Source: an uncultured Veillonellaceae bacterium (GTDB lineage: Bacteria; Bacillota; Negativicutes; JARBTT01). Taken from it: a DNA stretch of 64,000 nt. Below are positions 10,417 through 20,200 of the stretch, in pieces. Every line of letters starts with the position of its first letter. Positions within the stretch are counted from its first letter, which is position 1. The position numbers and the translations under genes were made by a program. The notes beneath the pieces are model-generated. The model did not search any database and was not told the DNA's origin. It saw only the letters and a list, made by a program, of their open reading frames with translations. Location of the stretch: the NCBI GenBank assembly GCA_963805085.1, contig CAWDTA010000002.1, positions 288,001-352,000 on the forward strand, written 5' to 3'.

Positions 10417-11460
10417 TTATAGATTTATTATTCGATAGCCACTCGCCTTATGCATGCGATTCATAATTGCTAGCCCAAGCCCGACCTCTGCTGTACCTTC
10501 AGCAAAAATCACATCCACCTCAGTTTGGTCAAATTTACGCAAAGATTCGTAAAGATTCGTCGCAATTTCGCTCAATTCTTCACGACTGCCATAAACTGCA
10601 ATAACAACATCCGCTGGTAATTCTTTAGCCGTTTCACTACTGACAACAGCACCAATTCTCTTTCCTTCGGCTTTTGCTTTTGCAATTTGTGCAAGTAAAC
10701 CTGCAATCATTTTTTCTTTTGCACCCTCGAGCATAATCATCGGTGCTTTTGGTGCATAGTGTGTATATTTCATCCCCGGTGCTTTAGGAATACTGTTTTC
10801 CCCAACTAAAGCCGGATCCAGTTTTACTTCACCGACAACCTCTGCTAACATCTCTAACGTAATCGCGCCAGGGCGAAGTACCGTTGGAACTAAACTGGTA
10901 CAATCGACAATCGTAGATTCCAAACCGAACTTACAGCTGCCATTATCAACAACTGCACCAATTTTACCCTGTAGATCCGCCAAGACAGCTTGCGCTGTGG
11001 TCGGACTAGGTCTACCCGAGGTGTTGGCACTTGGTGCCGCTAGTGGAACCCCAGCCAAACGAATCAGCTCACGAGCAATTTCATGATTCGGCATCCGGAT
11101 GCCAACTGTATCCAGTCCACCCGTTACTGCATCTGGTACAATTCGATTGCGATTTAAAATAATCGTAATTGGGCCAGGACAAAATGCCACGATGATTTTG
11201 CGCGCTGCATCACTGATATCATGGGCTAATTTATCTATTTCAGCAAAATCAGCTACATGCAAAATCAGTGGATTATCGGAAGGTCTACCCTTTGCTGCAT
11301 AAATCGCTTTTACTGCCTCTGCATCAAGCCCATTTGCCCCCAAGCCATACACAGTTTCGGTGGGAAACGCAACCAAGCCACCCTTTTGCAATATTTCTGC
11401 CGCTGGCAATAAAGCCAAAGCATCTGATTTTTCTGTGATAGTAATTACTTTTGTTTCCAT
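10417..11460 (-). CDS. tsaC: L-threonylcarbamoyladenylate synthase (Sua5 type)
   Basis: FPTETVYGLGA, KGRPSDNPLI, APSAN, APGMKYTHYAP. Confidence 0.93.
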   Translation of the reverse strand: METKVITITEKSDALALLPAAEILQKGGLVAFPTETVYGLGANGLDAEAVKAIYAAKGRPSDNPLILHVADFAEIDKLAHDISDAARKIIVAFCPGPITIILNRNRIVPDAVTGGLDTVGIRMPNHEIARELIRLAGVPLAAPSANTSGRPSPTTAQAVLADLQGKIGAVVDNGSCKFGLESTIVDCTSLVPTVLRPGAITLEMLAEVVGEVKLDPALVGENSIPKAPGMKYTHYAPKAPMIMLEGAKEKMIAGLLAQIAKAKAEGKRIGAVVSSETAKELPADVVIAVYGSREELSEIATNLYESLRKFDQTEVDVIFAEGTAEVGLGLAIMNRMHKASGYRIINL

Positions 11461-11467
11461 ATCAAAA

Positions 11468-12337
11468 CTACTCCCGTTTATTGATGATGACGACCCGTTC
11501 AATCCCACCATAATCTTTTAATATACTCACTTCACCAAGTTCAGCAAAACCATCAGCTAGTTTAGCCACCGCTGCCGCTTGATGAATCCCCACTTCAAAG
11601 GCCATAAATCCACCTAATTTCAGTAAGCTTACACCCTCACGCACCAATTTACGATAAAAATCTAAACCATCCGCGCCACCCGCCAGTGCGCCATGCGGTT
11701 CACATTTCACCTCTGGCTCTAAACCTTCGATATCGCTATCTGGAATATACGGTGGATTGGAAATAATCGCATCAAACAATTGTTCCTTTACAGGGCTATA
11801 AACATCGCCATGAAAAAAGCTTACCCTGCTTGTCACACCGAGCTTTTCGGCATTTTCTTTTGCTACCAGGATTGCCGCTTCGGAAATATCTACCGTACAT
11901 CCTACGGCTTGCGGTAAATTTGCTAGTAATGACAATACAATCGCTCCACTACCAGTGCCAACATCAACAAAATTTACACTTTCTTTTTCCTTGAGCCGTT
12001 CAATTACCGCTTCTACTAATATTTCAGTATCTGGACGAGGGATCAATACCGCTGGTGATACGGCAAAGTCCAGTCCCATAAATTCTTTATAACCAATGAT
12101 ATAAGCAACAGGCATTCGTAGAACACGTTTCTTGATCATGTCTTTATACCTTGCCATCTCATCCACTTGGAGTGGCTCATCAAAATGCACATATAAGTAA
12201 ATCCGTTCTTTTCCCAAAACGTGGGAAAGCAGTACTTCCGCATCAAGGCGCGGAGATTCCACGCCCTTTTCTGCAAAGTACTGCCCTGTCCATTTTAAGA
12301 TACTGCCAATCGTCCATACTTCGTTTGGCCTTTCCAC
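11468..12337 (-). CDS. prmC: Release factor glutamine methyltransferase
   Basis: LIPRPDTE, DVGTGSG, SNPPY; adjacent to prfA. Confidence 0.95.
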   Translation of the reverse strand: MERPNEVWTIGSILKWTGQYFAEKGVESPRLDAEVLLSHVLGKERIYLYVHFDEPLQVDEMARYKDMIKKRVLRMPVAYIIGYKEFMGLDFAVSPAVLIPRPDTEILVEAVIERLKEKESVNFVDVGTGSGAIVLSLLANLPQAVGCTVDISEAAILVAKENAEKLGVTSRVSFFHGDVYSPVKEQLFDAIISNPPYIPDSDIEGLEPEVKCEPHGALAGGADGLDFYRKLVREGVSLLKLGGFMAFEVGIHQAAAVAKLADGFAELGEVSILKDYGGIERVVIINKRE

Positions 12338-12338
12338 C

Positions 12339-13406
12339 TTAATTAACCTGCTTCAATTTTTCACTTTGATCTGCGGTAACCAAAGCATTAATTAATTCGT
12401 CAAGCTCACCGTTCAAGACGAAATCTAATTTATGAAGTGTAAGACCGATACGATGATCCGTTACCCGCCCTTGTGGGAAGTTATAAGTACGGATACGTTC
12501 ACTACGATCCCCTGTACCAACTTGACTCTTCCGATCTGCGGCAACTTCACTGCGTTGCTCTTCTCGCGCAATTTCTAATACCCGTGACCGAAGTACACGC
12601 ATCGCTCTATCCTTATTTTTCAGCTGTGATTTTTCATCCTGGCACTGCACCACGACACCAGTTGGTAAATGCGTAATTCGCACCGCCGATTCAGTTCTAT
12701 TAACATGTTGACCACCAGCTCCACTTGCACAATACGTATCAATACGCAGATCGTTTTGCTTGATATCAACATCCACTTCTTCCGCTTCAGGGAGCACTGC
12801 TACCGTAACCGTAGATGTATGAATACGTCCGCTAGATTCCGTTGTTGGTACACGTTGCACACGATGTACACCACTTTCATATTTCAACTTACTATATGCG
12901 CCATACCCATCAATCGCAAAAGAAACTTCCTTGAACCCGCCGAGTTCTGTATCGTTAGAATCTAAAACTTCCGCGCGCCAGCCTTGCATTTCAGCATAAC
13001 GCGTATACATTCTAAACAAATTTCCTGCAAACAGTGCCGCTTCATCGCCACCAGCACCGCCACGAATTTCCACGATAACACTCTTATCATCGTTTGGATC
13101 CTTTGGCAATAACATAATCGGCAACTGAGCTTCCAAAGCTTCTTTTCTTACTCTCAGCTGCGCAAGTTCACTTTCGACCATCTTCCGAAAATCGTCCTCT
13201 AATTGCTCTTCAAACATTTCCTTTGCATCGTCAATGCCCTTACGAACTTCTTTATATTCACGAAACTTTTCTACAATCACACCAAGATTAGCATGTTCAC
13301 GGCTATATTTCTGCCATTTTGTCATATCCGCAATAACATCCGGATCACTAATCATAGACTCCAATTGCATATATTTATCTTCAACTGCCTGTAATTTGTC
13401 AAGCAC
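12339..13406 (-). CDS. prfA: Peptide chain release factor 1
   Basis: GGQ motif (GAGGQHVN) and RF1-type PxT (VPTTE). Confidence 0.97.
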   Translation of the reverse strand: MLDKLQAVEDKYMQLESMISDPDVIADMTKWQKYSREHANLGVIVEKFREYKEVRKGIDDAKEMFEEQLEDDFRKMVESELAQLRVRKEALEAQLPIMLLPKDPNDDKSVIVEIRGGAGGDEAALFAGNLFRMYTRYAEMQGWRAEVLDSNDTELGGFKEVSFAIDGYGAYSKLKYESGVHRVQRVPTTESSGRIHTSTVTVAVLPEAEEVDVDIKQNDLRIDTYCASGAGGQHVNRTESAVRITHLPTGVVVQCQDEKSQLKNKDRAMRVLRSRVLEIAREEQRSEVAADRKSQVGTGDRSERIRTYNFPQGRVTDHRIGLTLHKLDFVLNGELDELINALVTADQSEKLKQVN

Positions 13407-13430
13407 TCTTCTTCACCTCTAACATCAGTA

Positions 13431-14303
13431 TTATGAATTATCTACTGGTGCTGGCCTTACTGCTTCTAACGCTTGTATAGCCACTTCCACTTGATCGTTG
13501 TCCGGTTGGTTTGTCGTGATTTTTTGCAGCCAAAGGCCTGGTAAAATCGCAACCTTTACAAAAGAATTTTCACTGCGCCCAGCAAAACGAATAATCTCAT
13601 ACGAAATCCCCGCCACAACTGGTAACAATACGATTCTAGACAATATTCTAACCCATAAATCGGGCCATCCTAGAAAAGCAAACATAATAATACTGACAAC
13701 CATTACGATCAATAAAAAAGCCGTACCACAACGCGGATGAAGCGTACTATACCTTTGGACATTCTCTACTGTAAGTTCCACCCCTGCTTCATAGGCATGA
13801 ATGGTCTTATGTTCAGCACCATGATATTGAAATACTCTTTGAATATCCTTCATCCGTGAAATTCCATAGACATAGCCCAAAAAAATCAACATTCTGAGGG
13901 CACCTTCAGCAAGATTCAACCATAGTGGATCATTGATCACACCATGAATATATTTTGCCGCCGCCGTTGGAATGATCACAAATAAAACTATCGCCAATCC
14001 TAGTGAGAACATCATCGTCATCATGATTTCACGATTCGATAGTTCTTCGCCCTCTTCACCAGCACGTTGCGCTGAATAAGATAACGATTTCAATCCTAGA
14101 ATAAGCGATTCTCCTAAAGCTATAACCCCACGCAACATCGGTTTTTTCAATATAGGATATCGCTGAGTTATAGACGAAACTTTTTCTTTTTTTACACTTA
14201 TTTCACCAGACGGTTCGCGTACTGCTGTAGACACATACTCAGGGCCACGCATCATTACGCCTTCAATAACCGCTTGACCGCCAATTGATGGCTTTACTTC
14301 CAC
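13431..14303 (-). CDS. DUF1385 domain membrane protein
   Basis: IGGQAVIEGVMM, YHGAEHK, HPRCGT motifs; between rpmE and prfA. Confidence 0.85.
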   Translation of the reverse strand: MEVKPSIGGQAVIEGVMMRGPEYVSTAVREPSGEISVKKEKVSSITQRYPILKKPMLRGVIALGESLILGLKSLSYSAQRAGEEGEELSNREIMMTMMFSLGLAIVLFVIIPTAAAKYIHGVINDPLWLNLAEGALRMLIFLGYVYGISRMKDIQRVFQYHGAEHKTIHAYEAGVELTVENVQRYSTLHPRCGTAFLLIVMVVSIIMFAFLGWPDLWVRILSRIVLLPVVAGISYEIIRFAGRSENSFVKVAILPGLWLQKITTNQPDNDQVEVAIQALEAVRPAPVDNS

Positions 14304-14380
14304 GGTATTTCCCCCTATCTAGAAAACTCTCCCCTAAGTACAAATGAAGCAGAGCATTTCTGCTCTGCCAGTCATTCATA

Positions 14381-14578
14381 TTATTGGTTATAACGTTTAT
14401 TGAATTTTTCAATTCTACCGCCAGCTGTGATATCGCGTTGACGACCAGTAAAGAACGGATGGCATTTTGAACATACATCTACATGAAGTTCTGCTTTAAC
14501 GGAACCAGTTGTAAAAGTATTGCCACAACCGCAAACTACTTTAGCTTCTTTGAATTCTGGATGAATTCCTTGTTGCAT
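14381..14578 (-). CDS. rpmE: 50S ribosomal protein L31 (zinc-binding type)
   Basis: [18 protein letters not shown]. Confidence 0.96.
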   Translation of the reverse strand: MQQGIHPEFKEAKVVCGCGNTFTTGSVKAELHVDVCSKCHPFFTGRQRDITAGGRIEKFNKRYNQ

Positions 14579-14737
14579 AATTTTGTGCACCTCACTCTTA
14601 TCCCAAAATAGGGCTATAATATTTTAAATGCCGAAGCATTTAGATAAGACTTAGCTTCCCATTTTTGGAGGTAAAGCAAGTCGCTCTTGAAAGATAACTA
14701 ATAATGTAACAAACATACTCCTGTTTATTACCAGACA

Positions 14738-14766
14738 ATTATAGCATAACGCAATATTTAGTGCAA
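14738..14766 (-). promoter_or_regulatory. SigA promoter of the rpmE operon
   Basis: TTGCAC-N17-TATAAT with extended TG on the minus strand. Confidence 0.7.
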
Positions 14767-14876
14767 TATACATGTATGAAATAAAAAAAATAAATAATAA
14801 GCACTCTTTCCCATAAAACATAAAATTTTAACAATCTTTTATGCCACTGCTTGATGAAACAAACTAAAATCGTACT

Positions 14877-15140
14877 TTACTTATTTTTTAGTTTATCTAA
14901 TGCTTCCTTAATCTTTAATGCAACCTTTATTGATTCCCACGAGCTAGTTACGATATAGAACGTACCCAGAATCCTAACCCATGAGTTAGTAGCTATCGCT
15001 ATTTCATTTGTCCACTCCGTGATCTGCTTTATCATTGCCTCACTTAACAGTGTATCTGTTTCACTTTCAATTAAGTTAATTATCTCATTTGCTACAGCAT
15101 CTGTATCAGCATCCGTTGCTATTATCTTTGAATCACTCAT
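14877..15140 (-). CDS. Small hypothetical protein with TNSWV motif (similar to 62116..62385)
   Basis: ORF with GGAG RBS; shares EI..(A/T)TNS-WV(R/K) with the protein at 62 kb. Confidence 0.55.
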   Translation of the reverse strand: MSDSKIIATDADTDAVANEIINLIESETDTLLSEAMIKQITEWTNEIAIATNSWVRILGTFYIVTSSWESIKVALKIKEALDKLKNK

Positions 15141-15154
15141 ATCGAACACTCCAA

Positions 15155-15403
15155 TTATTTATTTAGTAATGGAAGAAGAAGATATAGATTAAATAACCCC
15201 GTTACTGCAGATGTTGCGATAAACGCTGCTACAGGTGCTGATACACCATGATTAACAAGTAATTGCTTGCTAAAACCAATTGCTTTATCTTTTAAATCAT
15301 CCGTACACTCCGTCGTAGATTCTTCCGTTGATTGATGTTCTAATATAATAGCCTTTAACTCCCCCTTAGTCATTGCCTCCAATTGTTCCGCAGTATACTT
15401 CAT
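15155..15403 (-). CDS. Small hypothetical membrane protein
   Basis: AAAAGGAGG RBS, 82 aa, hydrophobic C-terminus. Confidence 0.55.
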   Translation of the reverse strand: MKYTAEQLEAMTKGELKAIILEHQSTEESTTECTDDLKDKAIGFSKQLLVNHGVSAPVAAFIATSAVTGLFNLYLLLPLLNK

Positions 15404-15524
15404 TCGTAAGCCTCCTTTTTAAGTCTCAACATAAATAAATCATAGTATACCTTATTATATATACTACGATAGCAAGGGGTTACGTTGTTTTGCTATTGGC
15501 TTGATTTAGGAAAGGATTTAAAAT

Positions 15525-15556
15525 ATTTCAATCCATGCATCCGTGAAGGGTGCAAC
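15525..15556 (-). repeat. Type I-C-like CRISPR repeat one spacer length beyond the I-B array end
   Basis: Minus strand GTTGCACCCTTCACGGATGCATGGATTGAAAT, 32 nt, internal hairpin and ATTGAAAT 3' handle typical of I-C repeats. Confidence 0.75.
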
Positions 15557-15782
15557 TAAGTGAGGGGAGACAACGCCAAAAAGCATTTCTTTACATTTCA
15601 TTATGAGTCAATTCGAAGTCATACCCCCATTGAATAATAAGCCCATTAGAAAACTATTTACATTTCATTATGAGTCAATTCGAAGTTGTTGTATTGGATT
15701 ATGCCAATATACAGAATATACCAGATTTACATTTCATTATGAGTCAATTCGAGGTCATAATTAATCAGTATCCTTATATAAT

Positions 15783-16030
15783 AAATTTAGGTTAATAAAG
15801 GCAACCTATAATCCTTTATTAACTGACTAATTATACAAACTAATTGTATAATTGGTTTATAGGTAGAGTGATGTCGTTTGTCTCCTTGAGATTTTATCTC
15901 GTTATCGAAAGACTGACGCCTCTGTCTGTCTAACTGTTTACGAATAAGTTGGATGTTGGCTTTTATTTGAAGCACTTCGTATCTGCGATAAGTCGGTAAC
16001 GTTATTCAGATTAGAGGAACCTATCTAAAT
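15783..16030 (+). ncRNA. Putative IS110 bridge RNA (boundaries approximate)
   Basis: Structured 5' non-coding region with guide-like segments matching target (GTCTCCT, GAAAG) and donor junction (GTTGG.CT, ATAAG). Confidence 0.65.
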
Positions 16031-16051
16031 AAATTCTTTTAGGTGATTTTT

Positions 16052-17227
16052 ATGTTCTATCTCGGTATTGATATTGGTAAAAATACACATGTTGCTTCTC
16101 TCATGGACGAGAACGGTAAAACTGTCTTCAAAGCCTTTAGCTTCCCCAATTCAACTGATGGCGGTAACAATCTTTTAGATAAAATTGCTTCAGTTTCTTC
16201 TGTTGAAATCGGTATGGAAGCTACGGGCCATTATTGGCTTTCTCTTTACTCTTTTCTTGTTGAACACGGTTTCGTTGTCCATGTTATCAATCCGATCCAA
16301 ACAGACGGCTGGCGCAAAGGTACTGAAATCAGAAAACGTAAAACAGATATCATTGATTCTGTTTTAATTGCCGACTTCATCCGCTATGGTAAGTTCCTGG
16401 AAACATCCTTAGCAGATGAAAATATGCTTTCTTTACGCAATCTTTCCCGCTTTAGAAATTATCTTGTCAGTTCTATCGGCGATTTAAAAAGAAAAGCCAT
16501 CTGCGTTTTAGACCAAATTTTCCCTGAGTATCAAACTGCATTTTCTAACGTCTTTGGAAAAACTTCTAAGGAAATTCTTTTGCAGTTAAGCTCTCCTACC
16601 GAGTTTGAAAATGTTACGTCTACTCAGCTTGAAGATATTCTCTCTCAAATTACTTTCAAACGGTTTGCAGCTAAGAAAATCAACAGTATATCTACTTTGG
16701 CTAAAACTTCTTTTGGTATTACTTTCTACTTGGAAAGTCTAACTTTTAAACTTAAACTTCTGATTGAGCAAATTAATTTTATTGAAAAACAAATTATAGA
16801 TGTTGAAGCTCAAATAAAAGTGCTGCTAGAAAAAATTAATTCACCTATTACTACAGTCCCCGGAATAGGGGTGGTAAATGCCGCCACTATTCTTGGTGAA
16901 ATCGGTGACATTAACAAATTCAGCAATCCCTCTAAACTTGTTGCTTATGCTGGCATTGATGCGTCTGTTTGTCAATCTGGTGAATACCAAAGTACGACCA
17001 ATAAAATGAGTAAACGAGGTTCGCCCTATTTGAGAAAGGCGTTGTTTCAATCTGCCTTGATTGCAGCCACTCACGATCCTGTATTTAAGGCTTATTACCA
17101 AAAGAAACGTTCTGAAGGTAAACATCATTTAACTTGCCTTGGAGCAGTTGCCCGTAAACTTTGTTATACGATTCATGCTATTCTAAAAAATAACTGTGCT
17201 TACGAGGTACAGTTGCCTAGAGAGTAA
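16052..17227 (+). CDS. IS110-family DEDD recombinase/transposase
   Basis: LGIDIGK, MEATGHYW, KTDIIDS RuvC-like motifs; C-terminal YAGIDA..QSG and KRGSPYLR. Confidence 0.95.
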   Translation: MFYLGIDIGKNTHVASLMDENGKTVFKAFSFPNSTDGGNNLLDKIASVSSVEIGMEATGHYWLSLYSFLVEHGFVVHVINPIQTDGWRKGTEIRKRKTDIIDSVLIADFIRYGKFLETSLADENMLSLRNLSRFRNYLVSSIGDLKRKAICVLDQIFPEYQTAFSNVFGKTSKEILLQLSSPTEFENVTSTQLEDILSQITFKRFAAKKINSISTLAKTSFGITFYLESLTFKLKLLIEQINFIEKQIIDVEAQIKVLLEKINSPITTVPGIGVVNAATILGEIGDINKFSNPSKLVAYAGIDASVCQSGEYQSTTNKMSKRGSPYLRKALFQSALIAATHDPVFKAYYQKKRSEGKHHLTCLGAVARKLCYTIHAILKNNCAYEVQLPRE

Positions 17228-20200
17228 TACAACTTTCAAGTATTTCTTTTTCGGCCTGCAAAAACAGGTCTATTTGTTTTGCATAAATATTGATGTTACT
17301 TCCCTAATTTTTATCGATTTTCTCTATTGACTTTTTATAGTTGGTCTTTCTCACATATAGCCCACATTTACATTTCATTATGAGTCAATTCGAAGTGGTG
17401 AAAAAGAAGAGAATGACCTCTATCCCGGTACTATTTACATTTCATTATGAGTCAATTCGAAGTGGCGCACGGAGCGCACACCATACTTGAAAGAACCAAA
17501 TTTACATTTCATTATGAGTCAATTCGAAGTGAGGTAATACTCCAGTGAAGCAGTAGTAACTGGTACATTTACATTTCATTATGAGTCAATTCGAAGTATC
17601 GTTAACATCTACTAAGCCTTCATTTATTATCCAATTTACATTTCATTATGAGTCAATTCGAAGTTGAAAGAGCTTGGGCTGTTTGCGACAGATCCAGACG
17701 AATTTACATTTCATTATGAGTCAATTCGAAGTGTGTCAAAGTTGTTTTTAGTTATAATAATCACTCCTATTTACATTTCATTATGAGTCAATTCGAAGTT
17801 TTGTTTCCTTTTATCGAAATATGTATTAATTGGGTAAATTTACATTTCATTATGAGTCAATTCGAAGTTGCTGATCTAGTTCATCCCAAACTCTTTGAGT
17901 ATCATTTACATTTCATTATGAGTCAATTCGAAGTTATCTTTTCCACCGCTAAATGCTACATAGTAACCCTCATTTACATTTCATTATGAGTCAATTCGAA
18001 GTGTCCTTTGAGTAACACGAGCGATAACCTTTGAGTAATTTACATTTCATTATGAGTCAATTCGAAGTGCTATACTTAAACAAAAATGAGAGGTGATTTA
18101 ATTAATTTACATTTCATTATGAGTCAATTCGAAGTCGGTGCAGTGACATGGCGCATACGTGATTTGAAAAGATTTACATTTCATTATGAGTCAATTCGAA
18201 GTAATGCGAGTATTCAGCCTACTATTACGATTAGACCTATTTACATTTCATTATGAGTCAATTCGAAGTGCTACTGATGCTCATGCAAAAGCAGAAGCTA
18301 CAAGATTTACATTTCATTATGAGTCAATTCGAAGTCGGTAGCCGCAATAGCGTTAATATGTTCCCTTCGGCAATTTACATTTCATTATGAGTCAATTCGA
18401 AGTCAGGTTTAATAAAATGTCCTAATTGCGGTAAAACCAATTTACATTTCATTATGAGTCAATTCGAAGTTTACGTATTCGACTGGCGCTAATGGATCTT
18501 TATCTACATTTACATTTCATTATGAGTCAATTCGAAGTTCCGCCAATCGGTTTGCATAATCCCGAATAATCATATTTACATTTCATTATGAGTCAATTCG
18601 AAGTTTCTTTTGCTTCTCTGACTTGCACCTGGCAAAACCTATTTACATTTCATTATGAGTCAATTCGAAGTAAGGCTGGAAACACGATTGAAGTAACCGA
18701 CTATGTATCATTTACATTTCATTATGAGTCAATTCGAAGTATTGTATGGAGATTCAACGACGGGAACGATTTATTTATTTACATTTCATTATGAGTCAAT
18801 TCGAAGTAGGAATGGCAACTGGCTTGGAGGGATTGTTCCCTAATTTACATTTCATTATGAGTCAATTCGAAGTGTCTAAATCTAAATTACCTAGCATTTT
18901 CTTTCCTCCATTTACATTTCATTATGAGTCAATTCGAAGTCTGCTGGAGCAACAAGAACAATGGCTGTTGGGCAAATTTACATTTCATTATGAGTCAATT
19001 CGAAGTCTTCTGCTGTAGGTAGTGACCAAGGCTTTTGTTCTATATTTACATTTCATTATGAGTCAATTCGAAGTTATGCAATCAAATACATCACCGCAAG
19101 CGGAATCCTCATTTACATTTCATTATGAGTCAATTCGAAGTGCCATGACCGACCCATTAAACAAGACTGCTTATGCTGATTTACATTTCATTATGAGTCA
19201 ATTCGAAGTGTACTGGTTCTCTAGCACCTAAATCAACCATAGCTCATTTACATTTCATTATGAGTCAATTCGAAGTAGGGTCAAAACGAATGAATCTGAG
19301 AACACGTTGGTCATTTACATTTCATTATGAGTCAATTCGAAGTTAGACAAGGTAAGGACGCTATGCAACAAGTATCGAAATTTACATTTCATTATGAGTC
19401 AATTCGAAGTTGGCGGCATAAATGCCCAAATTGCGGAGAGTTTCACATTTACATTTCATTATGAGTCAATTCGAAGTTTGTCTTTCTCTGATTGCCCATT
19501 CAGGCAATTTAATATTTACATTTCATTATGAGTCAATTCGAAGTGGGGAATTTGTCTTAGCACTTGATTGTAGTATTGCGATTTACATTTCATTATGAGT
19601 CAATTCGAAGTACTAGGGTTAATTGTAAATTCGACATTATTCATTGATTTACATTTCATTATGAGTCAATTCGAAGTCTGGTCAACAGTAAATACAAGGA
19701 TTGATATTCCAGCATTTACATTTCATTATGAGTCAATTCGAAGTCTTTAGCGCATTACACCGATTTACAAGGGGTGTCGAATTTACATTTCATTATGAGT
19801 CAATTCGAAGTCAAACAAGGGGAAACAATTGCACAATATTTTCACAAATTTACATTTCATTATGAGTCAATTCGAAGTCAAATAATTCACTAATTTTAAT
19901 GGTTTTTCGTTCTTCATTTACATTTCATTATGAGTCAATTCGAAGTTTTATTGATGCGCGAGATATTGCAAAGTTTGCTTTATTTACATTTCATTATGAG
20001 TCAATTCGAAGTGGCTGGATGGAGTATCATACCCCACGGTAGTTCCAGATTTACATTTCATTATGAGTCAATTCGAAGTTTTATGTTGGACAACCGATTG
20101 GTGGTACAGGTATTCATTTACATTTCATTATGAGTCAATTCGAAGTAGCACCGACTATTATTATATCTGATGAGTTTCACCAATTTACATTTCATTATGA

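Larger units (their letters stand above)
15773..17347 (+). mobile_element. IS110-family element inserted in a CRISPR spacer, CT core at both ends
   Basis: Removing the element restores a 37-nt spacer; CT(T) at both junctions; joined ends form TTGACT-N17-TATAAT. Confidence 0.88.

Noticed and set aside
802-13740. Short + strand ORFs overlapping housekeeping genes
   Set aside because: Antisense or alternate-frame ORFs with no motifs or RBS.
15787-15975. 62-aa minus-strand ORF in the IS110 left end
   Set aside because: No RBS or recognisable motif; overlaps the putative bridge RNA.
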